Shown here: positions 39,426 to 49,761 of the stretch, piece by piece
Layout of the letters: each line of letters begins with the position of its first letter
Position numbering within the stretch: the first letter of the stretch is position 1
Source of the DNA: an uncultured Fibrobacteria bacterium
GTDB taxonomy: Bacteria > Fibrobacterota > Fibrobacteria > UBA11236
NCBI GenBank assembly: GCA_963716395.1
Contig: OY970309.1
Span: 3,456,001-3,520,000, forward strand
Direction: 5' to 3'
Length of the DNA: 64,000 nt
Program-made: the position numbers and the translations under genes
Notes under the pieces: generated by a model
Databases searched by the model: none
What the model was told of the DNA's origin: nothing
The model's input: the letters and a program-made list of their open reading frames with translations, nothing else

Positions 39426-40697
39426 ATGAGCGCTGCAGGTGATCTCCGCCCCGGCGATGTGGTGGCGGATCGGTATGTGGTCGAAGCCCGGCTGGGCCAA
39501 TCTCCCGCGGCCAGCAGCTATCTCGCCGACGAAAATCACAGCCGTCAAAAGCTGATCCTGAAAGTCTACCGGCCGGAAATCGCGGCCAGCGCTCTTTCCA
39601 TCCTTTCGGATTTCATCCTGCGCGCCGGCGCATGGCCGGCTTTGAACCACGACAATCTCGCCGCGATCTACGACGTGCAGGAGTGGGAAGGACGGGTCTT
39701 CCTGGCCCGCGAGTTTTTGGAAGGTCCCGACTTCGGAGAATGGGCCAGTAACCCGCAGGTTTCTCCCGCCAAAGGCCTGGAATCGATTTGGCAGGCGGCG
39801 CAAGGCCTGGCCTTTCTGCATGAAAACGCGCTGCATTTGAATGTGCATCCCGGCAACGTCCTGGTGGGCGGATTCACGGCCAAACTTTCCGATCCCGATC
39901 CGCGCTTCCTGACGACCAGCGATTTGATTCCGCAGCCCTTGCCCGTGCCGCCGCAATACCGTGGTTATGTAGCTCCGGAAATGCGCCGCGGGGGAAGTCT
40001 GGCCTTTCCGGCCACGGATTTGTACGGGCTGGCCGGCCTGCTTTTTCTGTTGCTGACCGGATCGCATCCGACCGAAAACCCGTCGGACCTCCGCCGGAGG
40101 CTGGGTGCGGGTATGCCGCGCGAAGCCGCCGACTTTCTGGCCAAAACCCTGCACCCCGATCCCGAGCAACGCTATCCCGACGCCGCCACCTTCGCCGATG
40201 CGCTGTGGGCCCTACAGCCGTTCTTGCCCGCCCGCTCCGAGCCTACGCCGGCTTCCGGCACTCTGTTCGGTCAAACCACCTCCCCGCTGCGCAAAACCGA
40301 AATCATGCCGCCGGCCGTTTCGGCGTCGGCCACCCTGTTCGGCGACCCCCCGGAAGCGGCTTTCGTCGAACCCAAAGCCGTGACGCCTTCCAAACCTTCG
40401 GTGCGCGCGCCGCTATCCAGTTTGGAATCTCCGCCGGAGGTTGGCTCGACCTTGTTCGGGGGCGCGGCGCTCGCACCCGAGCCGGTGAAACGCCACAAGC
40501 CCGCTCCCACACCGCCGTTGACGGCCTTATCGGGCAACCACACTTTGTTTCCCGCGGCGCCCAAGGCTCCTCCGGTGCCGCCGCTCCGGCCTTCCGCGGC
40601 GATGCCTTCGCCTTCGCCCCGCGCGGCGGCCAGCCTTTCCAGCCTGGAAATGGATTCGGCCGATTTGACTTTGAGCGGCGCAGGATCCCGGGAATGA
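39426..40697 (+). CDS. Hanks-type Ser/Thr kinase-like (pseudokinase) domain plus Pro-rich linker; probably continuous with the next ORF
   Basis: RYVVEARLG, ILKV, LNHDNL, YVAPE, DLYGLA, PEQRY. The catalytic loop reads HLNVHPGN and the DFG position reads DPD. Confidence 0.8.
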   Translation: MSAAGDLRPGDVVADRYVVEARLGQSPAASSYLADENHSRQKLILKVYRPEIAASALSILSDFILRAGAWPALNHDNLAAIYDVQEWEGRVFLAREFLEGPDFGEWASNPQVSPAKGLESIWQAAQGLAFLHENALHLNVHPGNVLVGGFTAKLSDPDPRFLTTSDLIPQPLPVPPQYRGYVAPEMRRGGSLAFPATDLYGLAGLLFLLLTGSHPTENPSDLRRRLGAGMPREAADFLAKTLHPDPEQRYPDAATFADALWALQPFLPARSEPTPASGTLFGQTTSPLRKTEIMPPAVSASATLFGDPPEAAFVEPKAVTPSKPSVRAPLSSLESPPEVGSTLFGGAALAPEPVKRHKPAPTPPLTALSGNHTLFPAAPKAPPVPPLRPSAAMPSPSPRAAASLSSLEMDSADLTLSGAGSRE

Positions 40698-41437
40698 CGC
40701 GCTACGGCTTCAAAGGCGCCGATTCCAATCAAACCTTGGCCCTCGAGGCCGAACGACGACGACGCGGCCGACGCGTGCTGTGGCTGGCCATGATCGTAGC
40801 GGCACTGGTGCTTTTCGCCTTGGCCGGACTGCTCGTGGTGCTCAAAACCTCGGCCAAGAAAAGCGCCGCCACTTCGGTGGAAGAGTTGCCCGGCGCCAAG
40901 TTGGAAACGCCCATGTCCGCGCCGGTGCCTGCGACCTCAACTTCGGCTCCAACTCAGTCCCCGACCCCGACGCCGGAACCCGCGCAGGCTTCCCCGCCGC
41001 CTCCCGCCGCGGTGGCTCCGACGTCGGCTCCCGAACCCGCAGCTCCGGCCGTGGATGCGAATCCGTCGCCGGCTTCGGAAACAAAACCGGCGACGGCCTC
41101 AACGCCTGTCAATGGCCAGCGCGTCAAACCACCCGTGGCAGAGCTAGTGCGCATCGTGAAATCGCAAAATTGGCCGACCGGGGCCGACGATTGTCTGCAA
41201 CTCGCGGACGATCTCAATGATTACGGACGTACCGCCGAGGCCAATGCCGCCTACTCCCAGGCCTTGACGCTGGCCGGTTCCAATCAGGAACCGCGCATCC
41301 GCGCCTTGGGCGGATTGGCCGTAACCTTCGAGAAAATGGGAATGCGCGAAGAAGCGCGCAACGCGGTGGATCAATTGCTCGTCTTGCAGCCGAACAACCG
41401 TTTCGCCAAGAGTTTAAAGGCCCGTTTGTCCCGTTGA
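40694..41437 (+). CDS. TM + Pro/Ala-rich linker + TPR (probable C-terminal half of the kinase-like gene)
   Basis: Arg cluster then a TM helix and two TPR-like helical pairs. One extra C in TCCCGG near 40687 would fuse it to the upstream ORF. Confidence 0.75.
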   Translation: MTRYGFKGADSNQTLALEAERRRRGRRVLWLAMIVAALVLFALAGLLVVLKTSAKKSAATSVEELPGAKLETPMSAPVPATSTSAPTQSPTPTPEPAQASPPPPAAVAPTSAPEPAAPAVDANPSPASETKPATASTPVNGQRVKPPVAELVRIVKSQNWPTGADDCLQLADDLNDYGRTAEANAAYSQALTLAGSNQEPRIRALGGLAVTFEKMGMREEARNAVDQLLVLQPNNRFAKSLKARLSR

Positions 41438-41854
41438 CGGCGCCATCATCTCGGGCCACCACACCGGCAATTCGAGTTCTCCGGCGTGGGCCGGGTGCAA
41501 AACGCTGACAGCCAGCACGGGCGGCGATGTTCTCCCGCCCGCCGGCGACGACAAGACTTCGATTCCCAGCCGCGCGACGGCATCGATGCCGGCGGTGAAC
41601 AAGGCGTCGGGCAAACCCAGATGCAAATCCCAACCCGAATCGGATCGCTGCCATGCGGCCCGCCAGGTGGAGCCGTCGAAATCGTCCGTAAGCCCGTCCG
41701 CGGCCACCTCGATGCGGCCGGCTTCATAGGCGCCGGAAAACCGCACCAAGGAAAGGATTAACCCTTGGAGACGCGGAGGTTGTGACGCGGCACCCGCTTC
41801 CACCGGCACCGCCAACCGCACCGCATGGCTGCCGGGGAGCACTTCGGCGTTCAT
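41414..41854 (-). CDS. Hypothetical protein (weak DOMON/CBM9-like pattern)
   Basis: ATGA overlap with the upstream gene; GWDLHLGLP...LGIEV beta-rich pattern. Confidence 0.55.
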   Translation of the reverse strand: MNAEVLPGSHAVRLAVPVEAGAASQPPRLQGLILSLVRFSGAYEAGRIEVAADGLTDDFDGSTWRAAWQRSDSGWDLHLGLPDALFTAGIDAVARLGIEVLSSPAGGRTSPPVLAVSVLHPAHAGELELPVWWPEMMAPSTGQTGL

Positions 41855-43107
41855 CGCTGCGCCTCTTTACCGCGATAGCTGACCGCGGCGAATTCAGCCA
41901 GGGCGGCAAAGGGGTTTTCCCCCATCGGCGCCTCGCCGGGCCTGGCGGCAAAAGCCAAGGCCAGACTTCCCAACAAGGCTCGATGCCGGTCGAAAAATTG
42001 CGCCGTCTCGGATTCGAGAGCAGCGAGCCAGAAGGGTGCCTCTGCCGAAGACGCCGCGGAACTGCGCCACAGCCTCCAAGCCTCGGACCCGCGCAATCGT
42101 TCCCACTCGGGGTGGCGGCGCGCCAGCAATTGGGCCGCATCGCGCAGCATCTCCACGCCGGTACGGTAGGCGGGCAGCGCCGCCGCTTCGCCGACGGCCC
42201 GCGCCGAACCATTCCACGCCAAGCCCATGGCTGGATGACGCACCCGCACACGGCCGCCCGCGAACGCAGGTAACTCCGATGTTCCTACGGGCTCCACCCA
42301 AAAGCACCAATGGGCGGAACCGCGTGCCACCGCGCTGCGCAATTGTTCCGCGGCGCGCGCCCGGAATCCGCGCCGCTCCAGGCCGATGCGGCCGCCGAAC
42401 CAATGCGAGATGCGGCCTTCGGCCGATACGAAACAGCCGCCGCGAATCAAGGCATGCCCTTCGCCGCCAGCGGCGGTTTCGATCACGGCATCGCTCCACC
42501 CCGCCGGATCCCAATCTTCGCGCAAGGCCGGAGGCACCGGAACTTCACCCTCGGGCCGCGTCAAGGCAACGGTCACCACGGGTTGGGCGCCATCATCATC
42601 GACCCAAGTCAAGTCGACGGCGGACACGAACCCTTCAGGCAAGAGCACGGGCAGCCACTGCTCGGCGAATCGTGCGAATCGCGGCAGCCGGTTTGGTTCC
42701 AGGGCCGGGCCCATTGCCAGGGTCGCATGTCCCGCAAATGAGCCTTCGGAGCGGAAGGCCGAGTGGCCGACGATTTGCACGTCGAGGGAACGCAACGGCT
42801 TGACGGACGGACCTTGGGGGAAAGTGAAGGCAGAGGGCACCCCCAGGAAGTACACCCAGGTGGTGAGACCGGCGCGCACGCCATGTAAGGCCCATTCCGC
42901 ATCATCCGGATCCGAACCCACCGGATGCAGGCGTACGTTCAAGGGATGAAAGCTTTGCGTATAAGAGCCGTCGGCCGCTTCGGCCACCACCAAGGCCGAG
43001 GCCGCATCGACGCCCGGCAACAATCCCCCCAGACGCTCGCCGGAGCGCAGGGTCAGACGGACGGGAACGGCGGACCGTCCGGCCCCGAATGGAATCCGGT
43101 ACTGCAT
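41851..43107 (-). CDS. Hypothetical protein
   Basis: 418-aa ORF with a TATCTT box and purine-rich leader upstream. No family recognised. Confidence 0.65.
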   Translation of the reverse strand: MQYRIPFGAGRSAVPVRLTLRSGERLGGLLPGVDAASALVVAEAADGSYTQSFHPLNVRLHPVGSDPDDAEWALHGVRAGLTTWVYFLGVPSAFTFPQGPSVKPLRSLDVQIVGHSAFRSEGSFAGHATLAMGPALEPNRLPRFARFAEQWLPVLLPEGFVSAVDLTWVDDDGAQPVVTVALTRPEGEVPVPPALREDWDPAGWSDAVIETAAGGEGHALIRGGCFVSAEGRISHWFGGRIGLERRGFRARAAEQLRSAVARGSAHWCFWVEPVGTSELPAFAGGRVRVRHPAMGLAWNGSARAVGEAAALPAYRTGVEMLRDAAQLLARRHPEWERLRGSEAWRLWRSSAASSAEAPFWLAALESETAQFFDRHRALLGSLALAFAARPGEAPMGENPFAALAEFAAVSYRGKEAQR

Positions 43108-43169
43108 ACCCTTGCCCTCACCTTAAGATAACCAACTGCCGGCTTGCGGCCCGCGTATTTGGGTGCGGG

Positions 43170-43203
43170 AAAACTTGAGAATTCACTTTTACAAATTCCC
43201 AAG
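43170..43203 (-). terminator. Intrinsic terminator after the methyltransferase gene
   Basis: Minus strand CTTGGGAATT-N10-AATTCTCAAG (one G-U pair) followed by TTTT. Confidence 0.55.
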
Positions 43204-43261
43204 CCCCGGCGGCCGGCACGGCAACGGAAACAGACTCCGTTCCAAATGTTAAAGGTGTCGC

Positions 43262-44212
43262 TTATTCCAGGGTAATCTCGGCCAGCAGCGAATTGCCCGC
43301 CGGCCGGTTGGCCGGATCGGCCACCTCGAAGTCGGGAGGCAGGGGCGCAAAATCCAGCACTCCAATCCGCCGGCCCGCGATATGCACCGCCGTACGCAAC
43401 CGGGCCGCGAAGGTGGCCGGCGACAAACCGGCGTAATTGGTGGCGGCAAAAAGCCGCCCTTGGGGCGCCAGGCAGGCCGCGCATTTCGCCGCCAGCCGGA
43501 AATAGTCGTCGGCGAAGCGAAACCTGCCGCCGTCATGGCGTGCGAACACGGGGGGATCGAAAATCACCAGTTGGAAAAAGGAGCCTTTTCCGGCGGCCCA
43601 GTCCAGATAGCGCTCGGTGGATATGCGCATGAAGCGGGCCCGTTCGGGCAGGGCATTGAGACGCAGGTTTTCGCGACCCCAGGCGAGGTAGCGCGACGAA
43701 ACATCCACGTTCACCACCTCCACCGCGCCGCCGGACAGAGCCGCCAGACCCAGGGAGCAGGTGTAGCTGAACAGGTTGAGCACACGCGTGGATTCCGATT
43801 GCGCGCGCAGACGGTCGCGCCATCCCCGGGTGTCCAAAAACAAGCCGACATTGCGGGGGTGATTCGGCTCCACCCAAAAATGCAGCGGCCCTTCGCGCAC
43901 CGCCACGCGCGGGGGAGCTTCGCCCGCCACCACCCGGCTTCCCCCGCGTTCCGCATCGCCGGCCGCGGCGCGATCCTTGAGGATTACGGATTGCCAGCCG
44001 AAGGTGCGAAGAAGTGCGCCGGCCTGCCGTTCCACAACTTCGGCCCACCGCCCGTCATAGGCATAGGCCACCAAGTGTGCGCCAAACAGTTCGGCCACCA
44101 GACCCGGCATACCCGAGGCGTCGGCATTGAGCAGGCGCAAAGCGTCGGTACCGGCTGACCCGGCGCTTTTCCTCTCCCATGCGTCGCCCAAGGCGCGCTC
44201 CAGCGATTTCAT
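43262..44212 (-). CDS. Class I SAM-dependent methyltransferase, RlmI/RlmK-like
   Basis: GLFLDTR, VLNLFSYTC, NVDVS, IFDPPVF. Confidence 0.9.
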   Translation of the reverse strand: MKSLERALGDAWERKSAGSAGTDALRLLNADASGMPGLVAELFGAHLVAYAYDGRWAEVVERQAGALLRTFGWQSVILKDRAAAGDAERGGSRVVAGEAPPRVAVREGPLHFWVEPNHPRNVGLFLDTRGWRDRLRAQSESTRVLNLFSYTCSLGLAALSGGAVEVVNVDVSSRYLAWGRENLRLNALPERARFMRISTERYLDWAAGKGSFFQLVIFDPPVFARHDGGRFRFADDYFRLAAKCAACLAPQGRLFAATNYAGLSPATFAARLRTAVHIAGRRIGVLDFAPLPPDFEVADPANRPAGNSLLAEITLE

Positions 44213-44301
44213 GTTTCGGGAACATCTCGCCGCAAAATTGGCATCACGGAGATTTTAAAATTAAAATGCAGAGCCGATAGGTTTTTAGCCCAGGAGTCCG
44301 T

Positions 44302-45831
44302 ATGTCCCCCAGCGTCGACGAAAGCACCCGCACCGCCTCCAATTTCTTCGGCGCCGGCCACCGTCCCGATCCCTGCCTGTTGGTGATATTCGGAGGTTCC
44401 GGCGATCTGGCCAAGCGCAAACTCTTTCCCGCGCTGGGCAATCTGATGTTCAAGAAACTCATGCCCGAACGTTTTCACATCCTGGCCGTGGGGCGCAAAG
44501 CCATGGATGTCCCCGCGTTGATGAGCATGGGAAAATACCCCGATGACTTCGCCGCGCATCTGGATTACGTGCAAACCGATTATTCCCCCGAAGGCATCGG
44601 CAAACTGCGCGGGGTTTGCGAAAAAGTGTGCCGGGAAAACAATTTGCCCGCCAACTATCTGCATTACCTGGCCATTCCGCCCGACGGGTACGCCGAAGTG
44701 ACGGCGGCCCTGGAGCGGGGCGGTCTGATCCACCCGCCCCAGGCGCCCTATTGGAGCCGCGTGGTGGTGGAAAAGCCCTATGGACGCGACCTGCAAAGCG
44801 CCGTCCGGTTGAACGAACAGTTGCTGGCATGCTGCGCCGAAAAGCAAATCTACCGCATCGATCACTACCTCGGAAAGGAAGTGGTGCAGAATCTGCTGGT
44901 GTTCCGTTTCGCCAACTCGGTGTTCGAGCCGGTATGGAATCACCATTACATCGATCACGTGCAGATCAACAGTTCGGAACTGCTGGGCGCAGAGGACCGC
45001 GCCGAATATTTCGACCACAGCGGCATCTTGCGCGACATGGTGCAGAACCACCTCATGCAGATTTTCTGCCTGGTCACCATGGAACCGCCCGTGAACCTGT
45101 CGGCCGACTCCATCCGCGACGAAAAGGTGAAGGTGCTGCGCTCCCTGCGGCCGCTCGACATCGACGCCCGGCCGCCGGTCGCCGTGCGCGGGCAATACGG
45201 GCCGGGTGAAATCAAGGGGCAAAACGTACGCGGCTACCGCGATATCAAAGGCGTGCGCCCCGATAGCAGCACCGAAACCTTCGTGGCCCTGCGCATGCAA
45301 ATCGACAACCTGCGCTGGGCGGGCGTACCCTTCTATCTGCGCTCGGGCAAGCGCCTGTCGCGCAAGGGCACCGAAGTGGTGGTCACCTTCAAGCCGCTGC
45401 CCGAAGTGCTTTTCAACCAGCACGGCCGGCGCGTGCAGAGCAACCGCATCATCTTCAAAATCCAGCCCACCGAAGCCATTCTGCTGGAATTGACGAGCAA
45501 AAATCCGGGGCAAAGCTTCGAGCTCACCGACACTTCGATGAACTTCTGCTACAGTGAGCACTTCGACACCAGCGCCGACGCCTACGAGCGCCTGCTGCTC
45601 GACGCCATGCTCGGCGATCCCACCTTGTTCGTGCGCTCCGACGAAACCGAGCTGTCGTGGAAATTTCTCGATCCGTTGCTCCGGAATTGGGAACAAAACC
45701 CCATGGGCGCGGCTTTTCCCAATTACCAGGGCGGCTGCGAAGGTCCGGACGCGTCTACGGACATCCTGTTGCCCGACGATCCGCCCACGCATTGGCTCGA
45801 CTTTTCCAGGTGGGACAACGTCTGTCCCTGA
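44302..45831 (+). CDS. zwf: Glucose-6-phosphate 1-dehydrogenase
   Basis: GGSGDLAKRK, VEKPYG, RIDHYLGKE, RDMVQNH, RWAGVPFYLRSGK. Confidence 0.98.
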   Translation: MSPSVDESTRTASNFFGAGHRPDPCLLVIFGGSGDLAKRKLFPALGNLMFKKLMPERFHILAVGRKAMDVPALMSMGKYPDDFAAHLDYVQTDYSPEGIGKLRGVCEKVCRENNLPANYLHYLAIPPDGYAEVTAALERGGLIHPPQAPYWSRVVVEKPYGRDLQSAVRLNEQLLACCAEKQIYRIDHYLGKEVVQNLLVFRFANSVFEPVWNHHYIDHVQINSSELLGAEDRAEYFDHSGILRDMVQNHLMQIFCLVTMEPPVNLSADSIRDEKVKVLRSLRPLDIDARPPVAVRGQYGPGEIKGQNVRGYRDIKGVRPDSSTETFVALRMQIDNLRWAGVPFYLRSGKRLSRKGTEVVVTFKPLPEVLFNQHGRRVQSNRIIFKIQPTEAILLELTSKNPGQSFELTDTSMNFCYSEHFDTSADAYERLLLDAMLGDPTLFVRSDETELSWKFLDPLLRNWEQNPMGAAFPNYQGGCEGPDASTDILLPDDPPTHWLDFSRWDNVCP

Positions 45832-45900
45832 TCCATCCTGCGCCCGCCCAGGCGGCGGACGACATCGTGTGTTTTCGACCGCGCGGGAAGGCGGCTCCGC

Positions 45901-47085
45901 TCACATCCATAAACCCCGCAGACGCCACAACAAAGACGGCGAATGCCGCAGCGTGGCCCAGAAAATTCGGGGCAAGGTGCGGCGCGCCGGGGGCAGCCGG
46001 CTCAAACCATGCGCGGCGCGGTTGAACACTGCGTCGGGAACGGCCATGAAAGCCTTTTTCACCTTGCCCATGCGCCGATGCGAGCGGCCATACTCGGCGT
46101 CCCAGCGTTCACGGTAGGCGGTGTAAAAGCGCGCTCGGTCGGCTTCGCGATCGAGTGCGGCGGTATGCAGCGCGGCTTCGGCGGCATATTTGCCGCCGGC
46201 CATGGCTTCGAGAATGCCGGCGCGGCTGATGGGATTCACCATATTGGCGGCATCGCCGGCCTTGTACAAATTGTCGACGGCCAGCGGCGCCTGGGGAAAG
46301 CCGCAGGGAATGACGCCGCCCTGCACGGTTTCCACCTGCGCGCCGGGGAACTCGCTTTCCAGAAACCGCTTCATGGCCTGCCGCGCCGGAGCGGCTTGGG
46401 CATAATCGCGCCCCACCACCAAACCCACATTGGCCACTTCGGCATCGCGTGGAAACAGCCACGCATAGCCGCCGGGCGCGTAGTTGCTGCCGAAAAAAAG
46501 CTGGATGTAGTTCACGGGATAATCCAGCCCCCGCACCAAGGCGAAAAGCGCCGGTTCGACGTCGAAGTCGCCCTGCGTGATGGCTTCGCCCCGGCCCAAA
46601 CCCAGACCCGGACCCGAGCAGTCGATCACCGCGCGCGCCCGCAGCGTACCCGGCGTTTCGCCCTCGTAGCGCAAGGTGCGCCATCCGTTCTCCAAGGGCG
46701 ACAAATCCACGGCCCGGGTGCGGAAATTGCAATGCGCGCCGGCCGCACGGCCTTGTTCGGCCAAGCGGCGGTGCATGAGGGCGCGGTGGATCAAAAGGCC
46801 CCGCCCGCGCGCCTCCACGTCCACCTTGGTGCCGTCGGGCGCGACAAAGATCACGCCGTCCACCGGGCCGCGCACCCACTCGGAATCGACCCGCGGAACC
46901 AAGGCTTCAAGCCCCTGTTTGGAAACCGCTTCAGCGCAAGACACGGGCTCGCGCCACGGGTCGCGCTTGTCGATCAAGGCCACGCGCTGGCGCCCGGCGG
47001 CGGTCAAGGTGAGTGCAGCCAGCAAACCGGCAGGACCAGCGCCCACCACCACGAAATCATATTCGGCCTGCAACAGATCGCGCAT
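45901..47085 (-). CDS. FAD-dependent geranylgeranyl reductase family protein
   Basis: VVGAGPAG, PGGYAWLFP, ANVGL, GDAANMVNPISRAGI. Confidence 0.9.
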   Translation of the reverse strand: MRDLLQAEYDFVVVGAGPAGLLAALTLTAAGRQRVALIDKRDPWREPVSCAEAVSKQGLEALVPRVDSEWVRGPVDGVIFVAPDGTKVDVEARGRGLLIHRALMHRRLAEQGRAAGAHCNFRTRAVDLSPLENGWRTLRYEGETPGTLRARAVIDCSGPGLGLGRGEAITQGDFDVEPALFALVRGLDYPVNYIQLFFGSNYAPGGYAWLFPRDAEVANVGLVVGRDYAQAAPARQAMKRFLESEFPGAQVETVQGGVIPCGFPQAPLAVDNLYKAGDAANMVNPISRAGILEAMAGGKYAAEAALHTAALDREADRARFYTAYRERWDAEYGRSHRRMGKVKKAFMAVPDAVFNRAAHGLSRLPPARRTLPRIFWATLRHSPSLLWRLRGLWM

Positions 47086-47093
47086 GTGCGGAC

Positions 47094-47792
47094 TCAAATC
47101 TGCCAGGTGATCGGTGTTTGGCCCGCGCGTTGCAGCCACGCATTGGTTTTGGAAAAATGCCGGCAGCCGAAAAACCCGCGCTCGGCCGACATGGGCGAAG
47201 GATGCGCGGCCTTGAGAATGCAATGCTTACGGCCGTCGATCCGCGCTGCTTTTTCCTGGGCTTGCCGGCCCCATAGCAAAAACACCAGGCCGGGGCGCTG
47301 GTCCGAGAGTTTCTGAATCGCGGCGGTGGTGAACGCTTCCCAGCCGCGGCCGTGATGCGACCCCGGCGCATGGGCGCGCAGGGTCAGACAGGCGTTGAGC
47401 AGCAGCACGCCTTGATCGGCCCAAGCCTCGAGGTTGCCGTGATCCGGAACTTTAAAGCCCACGTCGCGTTGCAATTCGCGGAAGATATTGCGCAGGCTGG
47501 CCGGCGGCGGCACGCCGCGCGGCACCGAAAAGCTCAGGCCATGCCCCTGTCCGGCGCCGGGATAGGGGTCTTGACCCAGCAACACCACTTTGACTGTGTC
47601 AAAAGCCGTGTGGTTGAAGGCGTTGAAAATCAGCGGCCCTGGAGGATACACCACCATGCCCCGCCGCTTTTCCTCCAGCAGGAATTTTTTCAGATCACGG
47701 AAATACTCCTTGTCAAATTCATCCTGCAAAACGCGCTTCCAGGAAGCCTCGATTTTGGGATTCATGACGGCAGATGCGGACGTAGTGGGCAT
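47094..47792 (-). CDS. ung: Uracil-DNA glycosylase family 1
   Basis: GQDPY, GLSFS, PASLRNI, QGVLLLN, HPSP. Confidence 0.97.
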   Translation of the reverse strand: MPTTSASAVMNPKIEASWKRVLQDEFDKEYFRDLKKFLLEEKRRGMVVYPPGPLIFNAFNHTAFDTVKVVLLGQDPYPGAGQGHGLSFSVPRGVPPPASLRNIFRELQRDVGFKVPDHGNLEAWADQGVLLLNACLTLRAHAPGSHHGRGWEAFTTAAIQKLSDQRPGLVFLLWGRQAQEKAARIDGRKHCILKAAHPSPMSAERGFFGCRHFSKTNAWLQRAGQTPITWQI

Positions 47793-47892
47793 AACGGAGA
47801 AAAGCTAAAACCAATCCCTGCGGCGGGCGTAGCGCGAGGGCGGGCGTGAAGCAAATTCTTTACACTTTCGGATCTCGGGATGGCGTCGAAAC

Positions 47893-49746
47893 CTAAAACA
47901 GCCCGTGCAAGGGCCGGCCCGGAGCGGCCAGGGCTTCGACCCGTTGCGCCACGGCGGGATCGGGTTCGAGCACCGGCGCCTGCTGCGGCTTGAGGCGCGC
48001 GTCGATCACCAACGGGCCGCGGCAACCCCAATGCTTGCGGTCGGTAAAGGCGAAGACCCCGTGCACGTCGGCGGCCGGATCGGAGCGCGTGAACGTGACC
48101 CAGAGAAAGTTTTCCAGCGAAGCCGCCGCAAAAGCCGGATCATCGACCAGCACCCACAGCGGCCAGGATTGCAGGGCCGTACGCCATGCGGGTTCTGCGC
48201 GTAGCCGTTCGGAGAAGCGTTCCAGGGCCGCGTCCAGCGCTTCAGGGGCGGCGGCATCGGCCCGGGGGCCGCCGAAGACCAGCACCCCCGGCAGCGCCCG
48301 GCGGGGTTCCGACCAATCGGCCGGCCAAAACCGCGCCCGATATTCGGGAAGGTCGGCGGCCAGTTCGCGGCGCGGCGCGCCGGCCACGGCGATCACCAGC
48401 TTGGAACCTTGATGGAACGCCGGGCCGCTGTAATCCAAGGTATCCATGGTGGTACGGGTGCTGAAATGCAAATCGCGCTCCCAGTCGGCACGGCGCAAAA
48501 CATGCTGCAAAAATCCGGTGACATCGCGCACATCCAGATCCGGTGCGCCTTCGCGGCCCGCCAGCCACACATATTTGGCCAGCGACAGTTGCCCGTAACC
48601 GAGCAGCGCATGGCCGATGGTGTGCAATTCGCGCGGTTTGGCTTCGGCATAGGGCACATAGCGATCCGCGGCCAACGCCAGCAACAAAGGATGTACGCCC
48701 GCGGCCTCCACGGCATGCACCGCCAGCAGGCCGGGGATTTCCGGCGGCAGGGCATCGCCCGCGATTTCATGCACCAGTTCGGCCAGGATTGCGTCTTCCT
48801 GCGGCGGCCTCCCCACCACGGTAAAAGGCCACACGGCATCGCGACGATGGTAAACGTGTTCCACGGCCAGCACCGGGCACGCGTGCACCAGACTGTAGTA
48901 GCCGAGATGATCCCCGAAGGGCCCTTCAGGCAAGGTGCGCGCGGGGTCGACGGTGCCCGTGATACAAAAATCGGCATCGCCACTCAGCACATGGCCGTCA
49001 CGCCGCGCATAGCGAAAGGCGCGGCCGCCGAGAATGCCCGCGAACAAAATCTCGGGAATATTTTCCGGTAAGGGCATGACCGCGGCCAGCACATGGGCGG
49101 GCGGACCGCCCACGAAGACGCTCACCCGGAGCTTTTCCCCGCGCCGAATGGCCGCATGGTGGTGCACGCCGATGCCGCGATGCAATTGGTAATGCAGGCC
49201 CGCCTCGCGATCCGGGGCGTATCGCCCGCCGGAAAACTGAATGCGGTACATGCCGAGATTTGAAGCCGCAAGGCCCGGGCGATCCGGATGTTCAGTATAT
49301 ACCAGCGGCAAGGTGATGAAAGCCCCGCCATCTTGCGGCCAGGCCACGATAGGCGGCAGGTCCGCCAGGCGGCCTTGAGCCTGCGCCACGTCGGGGTGGC
49401 TGCGTCGCGGCCACGCATGGCGCGCGCCCCAGAGGGCGCCGAGCGAGGCCAGCGGCCGGCGCCAGGCTGCGGCGGGATCGGCGCGCAGGCGCAGCAAAGC
49501 CCGCGCGCGCTGTACGCCTTCGCCCAGCAGCAAATAGGCGCGATCATGCGTGCCGAACAGATTGGAAACGCAGGGAAAGCGCGTGCCTCGGACGTGTGCA
49601 AAATAAAGGGCCGGACCGCCGGCCGCCTGCACGCGGCGGTGGATTTCCACCATCTCGAGATGGGGATCGACTTCGGCATCGATACGGCGCAATTGCCCTT
49701 GGCTTTCCAATTCGGCCAAGGCGGCACGCAGATTTGGGTAACTCAC
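47893..49746 (-). CDS. UbiD-family prFMN-dependent decarboxylase, long form
   Basis: NLFGT, DGGAFITLP, NLGMYR, EGPFGDHLGYY, VGRPPQED, plus an extra C-terminal repeat. Confidence 0.93.
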   Translation of the reverse strand: MSYPNLRAALAELESQGQLRRIDAEVDPHLEMVEIHRRVQAAGGPALYFAHVRGTRFPCVSNLFGTHDRAYLLLGEGVQRARALLRLRADPAAAWRRPLASLGALWGARHAWPRRSHPDVAQAQGRLADLPPIVAWPQDGGAFITLPLVYTEHPDRPGLAASNLGMYRIQFSGGRYAPDREAGLHYQLHRGIGVHHHAAIRRGEKLRVSVFVGGPPAHVLAAVMPLPENIPEILFAGILGGRAFRYARRDGHVLSGDADFCITGTVDPARTLPEGPFGDHLGYYSLVHACPVLAVEHVYHRRDAVWPFTVVGRPPQEDAILAELVHEIAGDALPPEIPGLLAVHAVEAAGVHPLLLALAADRYVPYAEAKPRELHTIGHALLGYGQLSLAKYVWLAGREGAPDLDVRDVTGFLQHVLRRADWERDLHFSTRTTMDTLDYSGPAFHQGSKLVIAVAGAPRRELAADLPEYRARFWPADWSEPRRALPGVLVFGGPRADAAAPEALDAALERFSERLRAEPAWRTALQSWPLWVLVDDPAFAAASLENFLWVTFTRSDPAADVHGVFAFTDRKHWGCRGPLVIDARLKPQQAPVLEPDPAVAQRVEALAAPGRPLHGLF

Positions 49747-49761
49747 GGGTAACCTGTTCCT

